64,000 nucleotides of DNA from Selaginella moellendorffii (lineage: Eukaryota > Plantae > Lycopodiophyta): assembly GCF_000143415.4 (NCBI RefSeq), contig NW_003314284.1:664693-728692 (forward strand). The letters run 5' to 3'. Positions 30,230-43,566 of this stretch are shown here, piece by piece. Under the pieces are notes generated by a model. The model did not search any database and was not told the DNA's origin. It saw only the letters and a program-made list of their open reading frames with translations. A program made the translations under genes and the position numbers. Numbering within the stretch: position 1 is the first letter of the stretch; each line of letters starts with the position of its first letter.

Positions 30230-31924
30230 TCAAGCCTATATCAACTAACACGGAGAGAAGATATATAAAGAAAGGGAGATTTAGACAATGTAAAAGCTAG
30301 ATTTATAGTAGAATCCCAAATCTAAGCACTCCTTAGGGATAATCAAAGTTGCCCATCATCTCTATTAATATGAATGTATGGAATATAGAAATGGGATACA
30401 AAAAATGTGTATATCAATTAGCCCAAAAACCCTAGCTTATATATAGGAGCAGAATTGAAACCAATCGAATAGCTACCAAAATCCTATTATGCTAATATTA
30501 GTATATGGCATTATAGCTATACACTTGGACCTCATACTGAACATTATCAAATGTTTAGTTTGTTTAATATTAGTGTTATTTCTATTTAATAATCTAATAA
30601 ATAAAAAATTATAAACATGTTTATAATTTATAAACACAAGATTAATATTATTTAATATCAACCATTAGATGGTAAAATAAACTAGAATATACTAGGAAGT
30701 GTTTAGAAAAGTTTATAAATTATAAACATGTTTATATATTATAAATACAAGATTAATTTAAATGAATAACAACTATTATATGGTAAAATATCCTAGAATA
30801 TTCAAGCATAGTATAGGTATATCCATTACCCTAAAGGTTTGCTTAAGAAAACCAAAAATCAATTTAAATTTTTTGTCATTTAAGTTTTTTATTCCACTTG
30901 CCAATTGGGGCCATAAATGGGCCATGCTACATGACAGCTTGGATAGGGTAAGGATAGTAATTTTATTGCTAGTAGCAAACAAGGATATGCAAGCTGTAGG
31001 GCAAGGATAGCAATTGGATTGCCAACAGCGGGTGATAATGTGTAGGTTGAGACTTGCAATGTTGGGCAGCAGTGATGGGTATTGGTGACAATGACAGGCT
31101 TCCTAAGCACAGTATTAACTGGAGTTTTAGGCAGAGATCAGGGACTTAAACATATGTATGCATAAAAAATTAGACTAGGGAATAGCTTACTCATATCTAT
31201 TTTTTGTGTTTTTCAAGAAGTCTCTTTGATGATGTCAAGATTGAACATGATAAAGGGACTTAATGCTACAAACAAAATCCAAACATGTCATTTGGTCGGA
31301 AAAACTTGCTGCTTGGCTTGCCCCAGCTACTACATATTCAAAGCACATGGTTTCAGAACAGCAAACCAATGTTGGATAAAAGGTGCTTCAAGAGAAAAAA
31401 CTTTCATAACTCCTTGGTAGTACCTGGTTTCTCTCATGCATGACATGCTATTGGCCACATGGCTGTGAGCAGATCCAAGAACTTGCCAAGAAGTTAAAAT
31501 AGATGGCCTCTACCAATCTTTAAGAGCTCTCATTATTATGCCACTACTGTTTGAAGTAGAAACAATAGTGAGCAATTGGCAAATTCTTGTAGATGTAGAA
31601 GATAGAAATGAAATAGGAGGAACTGAATTAGACTCAAGACTCCAACTCATATTCAGATTGTGATTTTGAGTTTAGTGGTAGCAATAATATAGTAATTTAT
31701 AATATTCCAAGAGTAGTATACTTATGCTGAAATAATTTCTTCCTTTGTATGTTTTTCCAATTTATTGCATTTTTAGCACAAGTAGGTTTCAATGGCCAAG
31801 TACTTTTACCATTTACATCATACTTAAGATTTTAGAGACCAAGACACTCTACTCCATTTCTAGTGAACTTGGAATTTTTTGGCCAACATTATAGAAGTAT
31901 ATGCACTTTACAAATGCAAAGGTC

Positions 31925-32125
31925 ACTCACATCTCAACCTATAGTGTAATTCCTTTAACCAACCAATAGAATCAGATTTGAGACCCCTTTGATACCAAAT
32001 GTGGGTTCATGAATTTGAACTTCCCAGCAAATGCAAGGATGTTTAACTTTAAGTATCCTAAAACCTTTAACCGATTGTTCATAAGTCTATTCCCTTTATA
32101 TATAAAATTTAATAGATCATCTTCT
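31925..32125 (-). mobile_element. Decayed fragment of the Cassandra-like TRIM
   Basis: Reverse-complement similarity to 35540-35780, including the PBS complement TGATACCA at ~31990. Confidence 0.55.
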
Positions 32126-34062
32126 AAATTGTTTTATTTGGTTACTTACACAAGTTTTATACTCTTTACCATATGGATAGTAAGTGTTTTTCATTTTTGG
32201 CATATGTGTATAAGCTTTTTCTATTGTAGCATATTGCAAGCTTGTACCCTATAGGTTTTATATGCATACTATTATATGTGGCACCACACATTATATAGTT
32301 GTATTTGAGCTAGTGATAACAAAAGAAGCCCACCTTATACAAAAGCAGTGAAGTGCTTTGGGCTAACAAAAGATTTATATTAATCATGCTAATGAACACA
32401 ACATTGTTGAGGCAAATATGATTCAGGCTTGGGGCACTACAGCTTGACCATTCATTTGTGGCACCTCTATTTGACACTAGGTGAGAGAAAATGTCTTCTA
32501 AATGAAATTTAATCTTTATTGCACTCATTTGGTAGTGTATAGGTTAAATCTTGATGAATAATTTTTTCTCTACTTAGATCTAAATATTGAATGTGCATTT
32601 GCTACTGTTGATAGTGTACCTTTCTACATCCAAGTGACAATATCAACAATTTCTCCATTCAAGGCTTGAACACTTGAAATGCTCTTTTGGCACCAGAAGG
32701 ATGATATTTAAGGTAGAGATCCAGCTCAAAATCTGATATTGCCATCTGCTCCATGAATTCAAGGTACCATAGGAGGATAGTAGAATTCTGGCTCATAAAT
32801 CCCAAGCTTCTTACATCTAGTTAGAAGCATATGGAAAATGTTGGCTGTATATAGAGGTTCACCAAGGCAATATTTTAAATATCTTTAAAGTGAAAAAGAA
32901 ATATAAATACCAATATATAAATGAGAATTGAGAAAATACCTTTAAACCATATGTCTCATAAGAAATGTTTGTCCTTGCTAGTTTTTGAACTCAGCCGAGC
33001 TCATCCCACCACCTTAAGAAATAATTATGTCTTTTATAAGTTAAATTACAAGAAATATCCTTCAGCACATAAATAATCCCTCTAACATATATCATAGTTT
33101 CATGTCAGAAAGGTGGTATGTCAACAATTAAAAAGTGTAGTAGACCTAGAATTACAAGATTATTGATAAAATCCATATAGAAATCTACTTATTCTTGATA
33201 ACATAGATGAAACGCTTTCTCATATTCTCATCCAAGTTAATAAACACTAGGGACATCAAGAATCCTTCCAAAGGGACAACTTCATTGGTTGAAAAAGTTG
33301 TCATAAGATGTTAGAGCAAGATTTCTTCTAGGCTAGCCCAAATCTTTGCAATCTCAAACTTGCACTAGCCTAGACTATCTGAAACCAGCTCTAAAGTATG
33401 TTGACACCACTTGTATATTGATAAAGAGAGTCTTAACTATTGCCTTGGTGATTCATTTATTGACCTTTTGTGGAAAGTCATCACCCTCCACTTTTTACAA
33501 GCCTGTAGATAGAATTAGGTAAAGATTGACAACATCATCATGCTCTAACATATCTTTTATTGTGTGGTTTCTATCCTCCTTACTCATTGTGTAGTGTGTA
33601 AGGAGCTCAAAACATTCCATAAATGAGGGCTGTGGCATTTCAGATCTAACTCAAAAACCTTGAAACAACTATCCCTATAAGACTGAGGCATAATGCTAAT
33701 AGCAACACTAGTATGGCCATCATACACACCTAAGGTATATAAGTGTTATAGTTAAAACATCGGAAAATTAACAATTCTAGAAACATAGCCTACACCAAAT
33801 AAAATTAGTTTGCACAACATGATCTTAAATAAAACTTACATTATGCTGATCCTCCTCATTAAGGTTGTTATCATCCATTAGTATGGGATGTCAATATAAT
33901 CCTCTAGGTCCTGCTCCAAAAAAGTGTTCTATTTATGAAGAGACAATGACAAGAATATTAGACTATCATATGTATGGCTCAAATATACAAGAGTAAATTG
34001 AAAAGCATTTGCAAAAGTTTTATTGCATAATTTATTGGCATTGATGGTATCATGTTCCCATT

Positions 34063-34205
34063 TGTATCGTATGTGATTATAAAATGAGATTTGAATATAC
34101 TATTATTGTGGATCCTTAGAGCTTTAGGGGATAAATGAGGATAAATAACCATTAAAAACTTTTTTATTACATTGACTTAAGGGGAGAAAAATAAAATGTA
34201 TTACA
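34063..34205 (+). mobile_element. Solo LTR of TRIM family D
   Basis: TGT..ACA, perfect TSD CCATT, homologous to 34933-35094. Confidence 0.8.
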
Positions 34206-34932
34206 CCATTGTACCTTTAATTGATATAGTGTTCTATAAGTAAATACCAATTCACAAATTGGTTTCTTAGGCTTGTATCAAAGTAAATAAAAATAAATTC
34301 ATAATTCTTTGCAACCTATTATAATGATTAAAGTGTTAAAAAATAATAGAATAAAAAGATAGATTGGACTGGGCATGTTAGCATTGATGCTGTATATTTT
34401 CATAATATCCTTTTCTCAATGTAAAACCAGCTACATGCATTATAAATGTCCTCTAAATTCTGAAATTATTGATATAATTCTTCATAGAGCTGTCCTTTCT
34501 CTCTTTACTCCAAATGTGTCCTATAGAAAAAAAAATAGAAGCTATATATTTGTAAGTTATAATAAAATTGAGTAGTTGACCTTTATATCTGGTACCATAA
34601 TTTAGTTTTTTCAATCATCATTGTCAAGTGTTGTAGACTAAAATGGAATCCAAGGATGTTGGTATTTCCACTAATGAAAAAGTCATATTGTGCATTAGGT
34701 TCAATATTGATTATAGCTGTTAAGAGCATTGGTTACCATTCATGCTAGAATGGTATGGTAGTGGAGTCTAGCACTCTTTAAATGAAGTTCAAACCCCTAT
34801 CCACTCAAGCAAGTGGTTATAGCTAGCTTAGTTGAGGATACACTTCTCTATAGATAACACACTTTGATTGCTTTTATCTCCATCAAGAAATCTATATTTT
34901 GTGGTAGCTTGTTTGGTAGCACCATCTATCAC

Positions 34933-36297
34933 TATAACGCATGTGATCATGGGATGAAATTTGGATATATTGTCACCATAAATCCTTAGAACCTTGAGGG
35001 ATAAATGGGGATAAAATAACCATTAAGAGCTCTCTCATCAAGCAATTGCCCTTTTTCCAATTGGCTTAACAGGAAAGAGATAAGGTGTGTTATATGTGGT
35101 ATTAGAGTAAATGGCACGGGTTTGATTCCCATTGATTATTGGCTACTTAAAAATATAATATACCTTTAAGCAAAGTATATTCCTACCCCTAAATTTGAAA
35201 TGGTACGTATTGGGCATCCATGTGTACGTCCTTTCTCTTGTGTGGAGTATCCACGGATGAAAGTATCCACCGTGGGACTGCAGTACGGGTGGATGACTAG
35301 TTGTATCACATGGAATAGTTAGTTTATACAATAGAAGGATTGGTAGATTCAGTGCGGAAATGGAGATGTTGGTTCCCCTTAGCTCAGTAAGGGTTGTTAG
35401 TCAATAGTCAATGAGGACATTGACATTTATGAAAGGGGGGGTGAATGTAGCGCATATGATCATAGGATGAGATTTGGATATACTGTCATTGTGGATCCTT
35501 AGAACTCTTGTATAAGCAACTAAAGGGAGCGATTTGAGAAACGATCTATGGGGTTTAAATATAGAGAGAAAGGGCACATGAACAAAAGTGCATCCCTTTT
35601 TCTAATTGGTTAAGAGTTTTGGGATATTTGAGGTTAAGTGTCCTTGGGGTTGAATAGTATTGAGCTGGGTGACCTCCTAAGAAATCCAAATTCAGGAGCT
35701 TACATTTAGTATCAGAGTGGTCTTGGTCCGACTCTATTAGTTGGCTTAGGGGAATCATACTACATGTTAAGATTGACATTTAGCATGTCTAGTTTGCCTT
35801 TAGTTGGGCTTGACCCGAGGGGTAGGGTGTCAAAAGAGTGGGGCTCTCGAGAGAGTGGCAGCTCTCAGCTTCCATTCATGAGGACGTGAACTTGTAGGGA
35901 AGCGTGGTGGATTGTAAGGAGGGGTAGAGTGTCAAGAGAGCGGAGCTCTCGAGAGAGCAGTAGCTCTCAGCTTCCGTTCACAAGGGCGTGAACTTGTAGG
36001 GAAGCGTGATGAATTGTAAGCAACCAAAAGAAACGACATGAAAGACGATCTATGGGGTTTAAATATAAAGGGAAAGGGTTGCACCCCCTTTTCCAATCAA
36101 TTAAGTGTTTTGGGATATTTGGATTTAAGCGTCCTTGGGTTTAAATAGTACTAAATTGAATGACCTCCCAGAAAGTCAAAATTCAGGAGCTTACACTTGG
36201 GGGATAAATGAAGATAAAATAGCTACTAAGGGTTCTTTCATCAAACAATTGCCCCTTTTCCAATTGGCTTAAGGGGATAGAGATAAAGTGCACTACA
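34933..36297 (+). mobile_element. TRIM family D (LTRs ~162 bp, ~350 bp non-coding interior); 3' LTR split by a nested TRIM
   Basis: LTR 34933-35094, tRNA-iMet-type PBS TGGTATTAGAG at 35097, PPT GAAAGGGGGGGTGAA, 3' LTR 35446-35510 + 36196-36297. Flanks ATCAC / GTCAT. Confidence 0.8.
35511..36195 (+). mobile_element. Cassandra-like TRIM with 5S rRNA-derived segment in both LTRs
   Basis: LTRs 35511-35704 and 36015-36195, PBS TAGTATCAGAG, CTTG on both flanks. 35633-35687 aligns without gaps to the 3' half of plant 5S rRNA (A-box to C-box region). Confidence 0.8.
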
Positions 36298-36879
36298 GTC
36301 ATCAACTTCTCCCAAAAGTACTTCTAATATTTATTTGCTAGTAGCTATGCATCCTAATTGAGATTACACTTGTAATCATTTTTGCATTTAATTCAAATTT
36401 AGATGGAACATTTGTAAACTTACTTTGCATATAAGTTCCTTGTAGGAGCTCAACAATTGGCCCACCCTCTTCAAGTGTTCCATCATCCAAATCTGCAAGT
36501 AATAAAACTCCTAAAGCATAGTAACTAAAATAGAGGAATTTTACCCTTAATTTCTTTCACTTGTTGTAGACAAAAGTATCACATGGTTGAAATCTTCACT
36601 ATCTAAAACAAGCACTAGATTTTCCATTTGTGTTGGTCAATTGATTTGGTGCCTTCTATGTTTCATTGCCTTCAACATCAATAATATATTCTCCATTAGT
36701 CTTATTAAGCCTATTGAGCCAAGGGGAATTAACACCTCCATTTCCACATTGAATTTATTAATATTTTCATTGTATAAACTAATGAAATAATTAATCACTC
36801 ATTATACTATAGCCTTATAGTGGATTCTTTTGTTAGTATAAGGTAAAAGACATACTTATGGATGTCTAATATGTATAAT

Positions 36880-37067
36880 TTCAATTTTAAGAGTAAAAAT
36901 ATACCTTACTTAAGGGTATATTATATTTTAAATAACTAATAATCACTATTTAAGCCAATTGGCAATTGCCTGATGAGAAAACCTTTAATACCTATTTTTA
37001 TTCTCTAAGGTTCCAAAGATCCACAGTAACAGTATATTTAAATCCATCCCATAATCATATGTGCTAC
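36880..37067 (-). mobile_element. TRIM-D fragment
   Basis: Reverse-complement similarity to 34933-35190, with deletions. Confidence 0.65.
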
Positions 37068-37674
37068 AAAAGCCAGGATTTGGACTCGAACTTGGACTTA
37101 GACTTGGATTTGGACTTGAACTTGGACTTAGACTTAGACTTAGACTTGGTCTTAGTCTCAGTCTCGGTCTTGATCTTGGATTTGGTCTCGGTCTCGGTCT
37201 TAGTCTCGGATTGACATCGGGCTCCATCTTGGACTCCTTCTCGGACTCCATCTCAAACTCCTTCTCAGATTCTATCTTGGACTTCATCTCAGACTCCTTC
37301 TCAAACTCTTTATTGGACTTTTTATCGAGCTCCTTCTTGAACTCCTTCTCAAGCTCTTTTTTAGACTCCATTTCTGACTCCATCTTGGACTGTTTCTCGG
37401 ACTCTATCTCGGACTCTATTTTGGACTTTTTCTTGGACTTGGTCCTGACACTTCCATGTGTCAGTTTTTTTTGTGCCCCTTTCTAAAGACTCATTTATTA
37501 ATTGCTTCATGCTCATTCCTCAAGCACTCCATTTGGAGTTCCATTTCTGCCCCCCAACTTTCTAGGTTGAAGCTTTTGGTTCTAACATGTTATGTTCGTT
37601 GGACTTCCATTTCGACCATTGTCATATGCTAGACTTTTGGCTCCACTTTGGGCATTAGGGATTTATGTTTCACA
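37068..37674 (-). mobile_element. Partial LTR-A (5' end with decayed repeat array)
   Basis: Ends ...TTTATGTTTCACA; GGACTCCATCTC-type array. Confidence 0.75.
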
Positions 37675-37788
37675 CCCATCTCATCCATATTAGTTTCTCT
37701 ATCAAACAAGCTTTAAGATTCTTATACAATTAAACAAGGAAAAGATTTATTTTGAACTAGAAGGTAAATCCTTACATGCCATTCTCAT

Positions 37789-37949
37789 TATAGTGCATAT
37801 GATTATAGAATGAAATTTGGATATACTGTCATTGTGGATCCTTGAAACTTGAGGGATATATATGGATAAAATAGTCATTAAAGGCTTTATTATTAAGCAA
37901 TCGCCCTTTTTTCAATTGGCTTAAGGAGAAAGTGATAAAGTGTATTACA
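37789..37949 (+). mobile_element. Solo LTR of TRIM family D
   Basis: Homologous to 34933-35094; TSD CTCAT / CTTAT. Confidence 0.75.
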
Positions 37950-38144
37950 CTTATCCATGGTTTACCATACAATGGTTTATGATTATCTTTGGTTGACCTC
38001 AATGACACAAGGTTATCTTAGTTGTCTTGTGTTGCCACCAAGTTATCTTAAGTTAGATTGATATTAATAATTGAAGTGTTTTTTGTTGTTTGCACTTGTA
38101 AAATTTGAGCAATTATTAATTGAACATAATAATACCTCCCTCTT

Positions 38145-39217
38145 GCAAGAGTTCAAGTCTGAGTCTTAGTTCAAGTCTAAGTTTAAGGGTGAAAGCCCAA
38201 AGCAATCATCTCCCAAACTTTGGGGGGTTTGGTAAGCTCTAAAAGGATTGTAATGGGAGAACTCTAGCGGAACTAATTTGGCTAGGAAAGGTCAATATGA
38301 TCTAAGAAAGCTATACCCATGTGGTGGGTGATGATATAACCACTAAGGCGTTCAAAACTAAAGTGAACATAAATGAATAAATAAGGTAACTCGGTGAAGT
38401 GTTTAAGAGCTAGCTTTATTTCCCTTGAGTAATCAAATGATTGATGCTCTCAATCCAAGTGTGGGTGGCACTACCTACTTGGATATCTAATGTAGCTTAT
38501 CAGAACATTGCTCTAGCCACATGGCTAAGGACCCAGAAGCAGAAGGTGGAGAGAGTACCTATGATGCTCACATTGGGCTGCAGTGTTTCAAAATGTCGTC
38601 CCGAAGTTTCAAATTGTGGAAAAGGAGAGGAATATTCCTCATGTGTATAGTCATGTGGCAAGGAAGTTCTAGAGGTTGATAGGACTTAGTGGTTGGGCGT
38701 TCAAGCCCTGACCCAGTGGTAGTATTGATGAGCATGGCTATGAATGGAAAGGGATTTAGTGAGGACTAAAGAAGGGATATTGGGGAAGGGTGTTCCTCAT
38801 ATCTCTAGACACTCTAAAGATGCTAAGGTGTGGTCACAGGATGACCACTCATGAATAAATGGCCTAGTCTTTGGTAGACAAGACTATGGTATGGACTACC
38901 AATGAGACAAAAATGAATGGACATAGCTTTAGTGTCATGGGTTGATATGTCAGTGGTACTTTTGGATGTCTATCGTGGGATTGGACACATGGATCACTTG
39001 GACCAAGTGCAAAGGTTGAGTGGCATAGATGTCATTCACGGGGCTAGTATGTCCTCAAGTCAAGAATGAGACTTGTGAGGTGGTGAGTGAAACTCCTCCA
39101 AATAATCAAAAGTGTGATTATGTGATAAAGTAAAATAGAAACTTTAATCGCTTGCAACTTGGTATCAGAGTTGTTCTTTAGTCTAACTCTTATTGGTGGT
39201 CAAATATATCATCACTT
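38145..39217 (+). mobile_element. Old LTR-A partial 5' LTR plus PBS
   Basis: Homologous to 56330-57430; PBS TGGTATCAGAG at 39160. Confidence 0.75.
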
Positions 39218-42200
39218 TGTGAGACACAAATCCCAGAGCCCCAAAAGTGGAGTTGAAAGGGTGCCATGTGGTAGTGGCTAAAGCGAAAGCTAAACGAGAG
39301 TAACATATTTGGACTAAAAGCTTCAACTTGAAAAGTTGAGAGTAGAAGTGGAACTCTTAATGAAATGCTTAAGGAACAAGCACAAAGCAAGCAATAAGTG
39401 AGTCTCTAGAAAAGGGAGTTCGAGATGGACCCGAGATGGAGTCCGAGATGGACCTGAGATGGAGTCTGAGATGGAGTTTGAGATAGAATTCAAAATGGAC
39501 TCGAGACAGAGTTTGAGATGGAGTCCGAAATGGATCCAAGATAGAGTCCGAGATGGACCCAAGATGGAGTCCAAGATGGACTCGAGATGGAGTTCGAAAT
39601 GGAATTGAGATTGAGAAAGAGACCGAGTCCAATTCCAAGTCCGAGTTGGAGATGGAATTGAGACTGAGAAAGAGACCGAGTCCAAGTCCAAGTCTGAGTT
39701 CGAATACTAATCCAAAGCAATCATCCCCTAGGGTGGGGGTGGGGGGCACTGCATGGGGTTCCAAAATTATAGTAGGGAGAGTGTGGGGGTGGACCCTAGT
39801 GGAGCCAATTTGGCCAAAAAATGCTAATGTGACCTAAAAAGGCTATATGCACATGTTGGGTGATGATATATTTACTAAGGAGTCCAAGGCTAGAGTGAAT
39901 ATGAATTGATAAGTGGGGTAGCTTGGTGAAGTGTTCAAGAGCCAGCTTTAATTCCCCCAGGATAGCAAATGGTTAATGCTTCTAATCCAAGCATGGGTGG
40001 CACTACCTACTTGGATACTTGGTGTGGCTTAATGGAACCTTGCTCTAGCCCCATGGCTAGAGCACCCAAAGGTAGAAGGTAGGGAGAGTATCTATGAGGC
40101 TTACGTAGGGCTATGGTGTTCCGAAATGTTGTTCCAAAGTCCCAGACTGTGGAAAGGAAAAGGAGCAATCCTCTTGTGTAGTGACCAAGGATACGATCAT
40201 ATGGTGAGGAAGTCCTAGAGGATTGTGAAACTTAGTGGTCGGGCTTATGGGCCTTGACGCAATGGCAATGTTAACGAATACGGCCATGGACGGAAAGGGA
40301 TTTGGTGGGGACCAAAAAAGGGATATTGAAGAAAGTTGTTCCCCATGTCTGTGGGCATCCTAAGGATGTTAAGGAGTGGATCTAGGATAATCACTTATGG
40401 ATGATCTTTGGACTTGAGACATATAAGATTTTCCTTGAAGAGTTGAGGATATGATCCAGATGAGCGTTTAACTTAACAAACTGACTAATGTAGTTGTGGT
40501 AAAAAACTATAGTTGGGATCATAGGAAAGATAAAGACTCCAAAACAATAAAGGAGTCACAAGATTATCCTCATATATTGAGGCTGGTGTTCATGAATTTA
40601 AAACTAAAATTAATGATTGTGAGAGGTCAAATACAGATGAGAACATGAGTCCTTGAAATGATAGCTGGTGCTACCTTTTATAAATGCTGGAACAAACCCA
40701 AGGAGTTAGAGGTATACTTAGAGGATGAATCGATATTCTTATTATATGGATAGATAGTTCTAAGGGGCAAAGGTAGCCTATAGAGAATGAAAAATAATCA
40801 AGTGTCGGAATAACACTTGCAAAGATGGTCTTTGTGAGTAGGATATGAATACATTCACAAGATGTATTCTAATGAACTTGCACCTCAAAAATAGCCAAGG
40901 CTAGGACTTTACAAGTCGTCGAATTAGCAAAGCCCAAAAAGCTAGATAGCTCGAGTGGAGTTAACAAATGATTCTAAAGAATTAGTGGAAACATTTAGAT
41001 TGAGGTTTGTTGTACCTTACGAAGGATGGGGAGGATTATAAGATCCAAGTATGAGAATAGTGAGTATTTCATTGATGGCAGAATGTGCCATATTAAAGCT
41101 GTGGGAAATGTGTTCTTGGAAAAAAAATAACTTTGGCGCAGAATTATATGTGAACACTATGGTGAAGTGCTAACTCATAGTTAGCATAAGAAATGACTGC
41201 TTTGGTTTTGGCAAAGTCTTAGACACAAGTGGGAAGTGTCATAAAGGTAAGCTTGTAGAGCCAATAGTGTGGAGACACCAAATGTGCCAAGGTATAATGC
41301 TTTGAGGTCAAGTTAGTAGATTCATGAGAACCCCTTGCCAAAGAAATCCCAATGGAAATGAGAATGATATAACCTAAGCTAGAAGCATATGGTTAAAGTG
41401 TGGTGACCCAAATAATGATGGAGGTGTGAAGCACTAATAATGAGTTGTAGGACTTAACAATTATAAGGCAACTAAGCAAAAGGTGCAACATAATTGATTG
41501 TATTGGTAGAAGTTAACTACCCAAAACTTTTTATTTAGATAAAGACTTCTTTGGGGATCAATTGTTTATGTTGAGATATAGTCGATATTATAAAGGAAAA
41601 TACTCATTGTCAAAGAAGGTCATTATTGGGATACCAAAACACTTTAAAACATTAGGGAGTGGTCTTTGAAATCATGAGGGTATTAGATAAAGCCCAAGGG
41701 ACTAATTCCCTAGTGAATAATGGATAGAAGATACTATTTAACGTCCAAAGTTGCAAAAACAGGAGATAGGAGTTGCAAAAACAGGAGATAGGAGGAGAAT
41801 AACTAAAGGGAAGGCATAAAACCAAAAAGTAAGTAGTAAAAAGATAAAACCTAACCATAGGTATCAAAGGGCATAACCAATGGTGGTTGTACAAATTGGG
41901 AGTGGAAAATCAAGTTGGTGCTCAATCATGTTGCTAGTAGCAACCATGATGCTATAGAAAGTCTAAAGTATAAAATTATCCATGTTAGACCATATGGCAA
42001 TTAGAAAGCTTGCAAAAGGAAAAGCCTTAGCAAGCTAAGGGATAAAGTCCCTTCAAGGTTCCTAAAAACAATTTTAGGTAGACTAGTATCTAGAAGACAA
42101 GTGTAAAAAGTTCATAGAATATGCAAAATTATAGTGGTGCAACAGAAATGTGGTTTTGAAGTTTGCCATAAGACGAGGCTATCAAAGTTGGGAAAACAGT

Positions 42201-43106
42201 TGAGTGTTCAAAGAGATGGCCTTGAACAAAAGTTGATGGTGAAGGACTTTCATGCTTATGTATGAAACCATATTACACTACTTAGATGATTTACTAAGCA
42301 AGATTGGCAAGTTGGGGGGAACCAAGATCCTAATTGAAGGTGTTGACTTTAAAAAAGGGTGGTCAATGGGGCCAAATATGGAGGAGTCTATGCATGATTA
42401 CAGACTTATCAAGTGAGAGGATTTAATAGTTTGGAGGAATTAGGTTTTTAAGCTATAATCCGTAGCGTGCTTATATATAAGTTAGTGCACCGGCATGGGA
42501 GTCACGTTAGACATCCTGGGTGATACCTTTCGTAAATGCATATATGGAGGTTGAGTTCGAGTCACAACTTTGTAGTGCTTGGGTTTAAGTCCCAACTCAC
42601 TAGTATCACGAATGTGACTTCGGGTATCGAAAGATACTTGTCGGCCAGTCCTTATAGGCACTCTTTCCTTATTGCAATAACGGCGGAAGATTGGTACTAC
42701 TGGTTTCCTTCAGTAGCCCCTTTTGTCCAAGTGTTAGTAAACTGGACTTAGCATCTGTACTTGGTTGGACGAGCATAAGGAAGGAATTCCTAAGTGTCTA
42801 TTTAGCTAAGCATACTTGGATAACTTGTTAGTTCTTTTTTGCTCTGTTTTGCATTGGCTTGGCAACCCTCGCATATTGAGACTAGTCCCTCAATATCGCT
42901 AGATGATAGCTTACTGTGTTTGCCAAACACCCTTATTATCATGCTTTTTGTGTTAGTCTTATTTTGGTCCCAAATGCTATCTATGGAAAGTGTCTAGATT
43001 CACTCATATGGCATATTTACGGAATGTAGAGATCGGCTTAAACACAATGGTGTTCATTTCGTGTCCAAATTTGCAATCTAGGGACATTCCATATTTAGTA
43101 AGTTTC

Positions 43107-43386
43107 GAACCCATGCCATTTGCTCTTTAAGGGTAGAAATATACCTTGTTCAAGGGTATATTATATTTTTAAGTAGCTAATAATCAATGGGAATTAAACC
43201 CGTGCCATTTGCTTTGATACCACATGTAACGCACCCTCTCTTTCTCTCCTTAAGCCAATTGGAAAAAGGGCAATTGCTTAATAAAAGAGCCTTTAGTGGC
43301 TATTTTATCCCCATTTATCCCCCAAGGTTCCAAGGATCCACGGTGACAGTATATCCAAATCTCATCCCATAATCATATGCACTACA
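43107..43386 (-). mobile_element. TRIM-D 5' LTR (43225-43386), PBS and part of the interior
   Basis: Reverse complement of 34933-35190; TGATACCA at 43215. Confidence 0.8.
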
Positions 43387-43566
43387 GCATAATAATGGTT
43401 TGAAATATGAGGACATTCATTTTTCGATGGTTATAAACTTTTAGTGAGGAAACTAGCTTGAGCACACCACCACGTGGGGGATGCTTTGGAGTCATGATGC
43501 ACAATTATATTGCTTAATGTGAAAGCTTGGTATATCTAACTTGAACACTTTGGTGCAAGTGGCACC

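Larger units (their letters stand above)
23994..30536 (-). mobile_element. Degenerate Ty3/gypsy retrotransposon with short (~160 bp) LTRs at 23994-24153 and 30369-30536
   Basis: Minus-strand order RT (FIDDVLIHS, ~26450), RNase H (HIDAS..PIAYIS..NYSTTEK, ~25950), integrase (RPFELVAFDL, ~25120), GPY/F-like KWKGSYQV. Diverged direct repeats at both ends, PPT complement at 24154-24170. Many stops. Confidence 0.85.

Noticed and set aside
30540-34050. AT-rich region with a local ~90-bp duplication (30606-30800) and hints of a decayed minus-strand gene (~32600-33700)
   Set aside because: No recognisable motifs or termini; cannot be supported without a translated search.
35633-35687. Functional 5S rRNA gene
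   Set aside because: Only the 3' half is present, it is degenerate, and it is embedded in paired LTRs.
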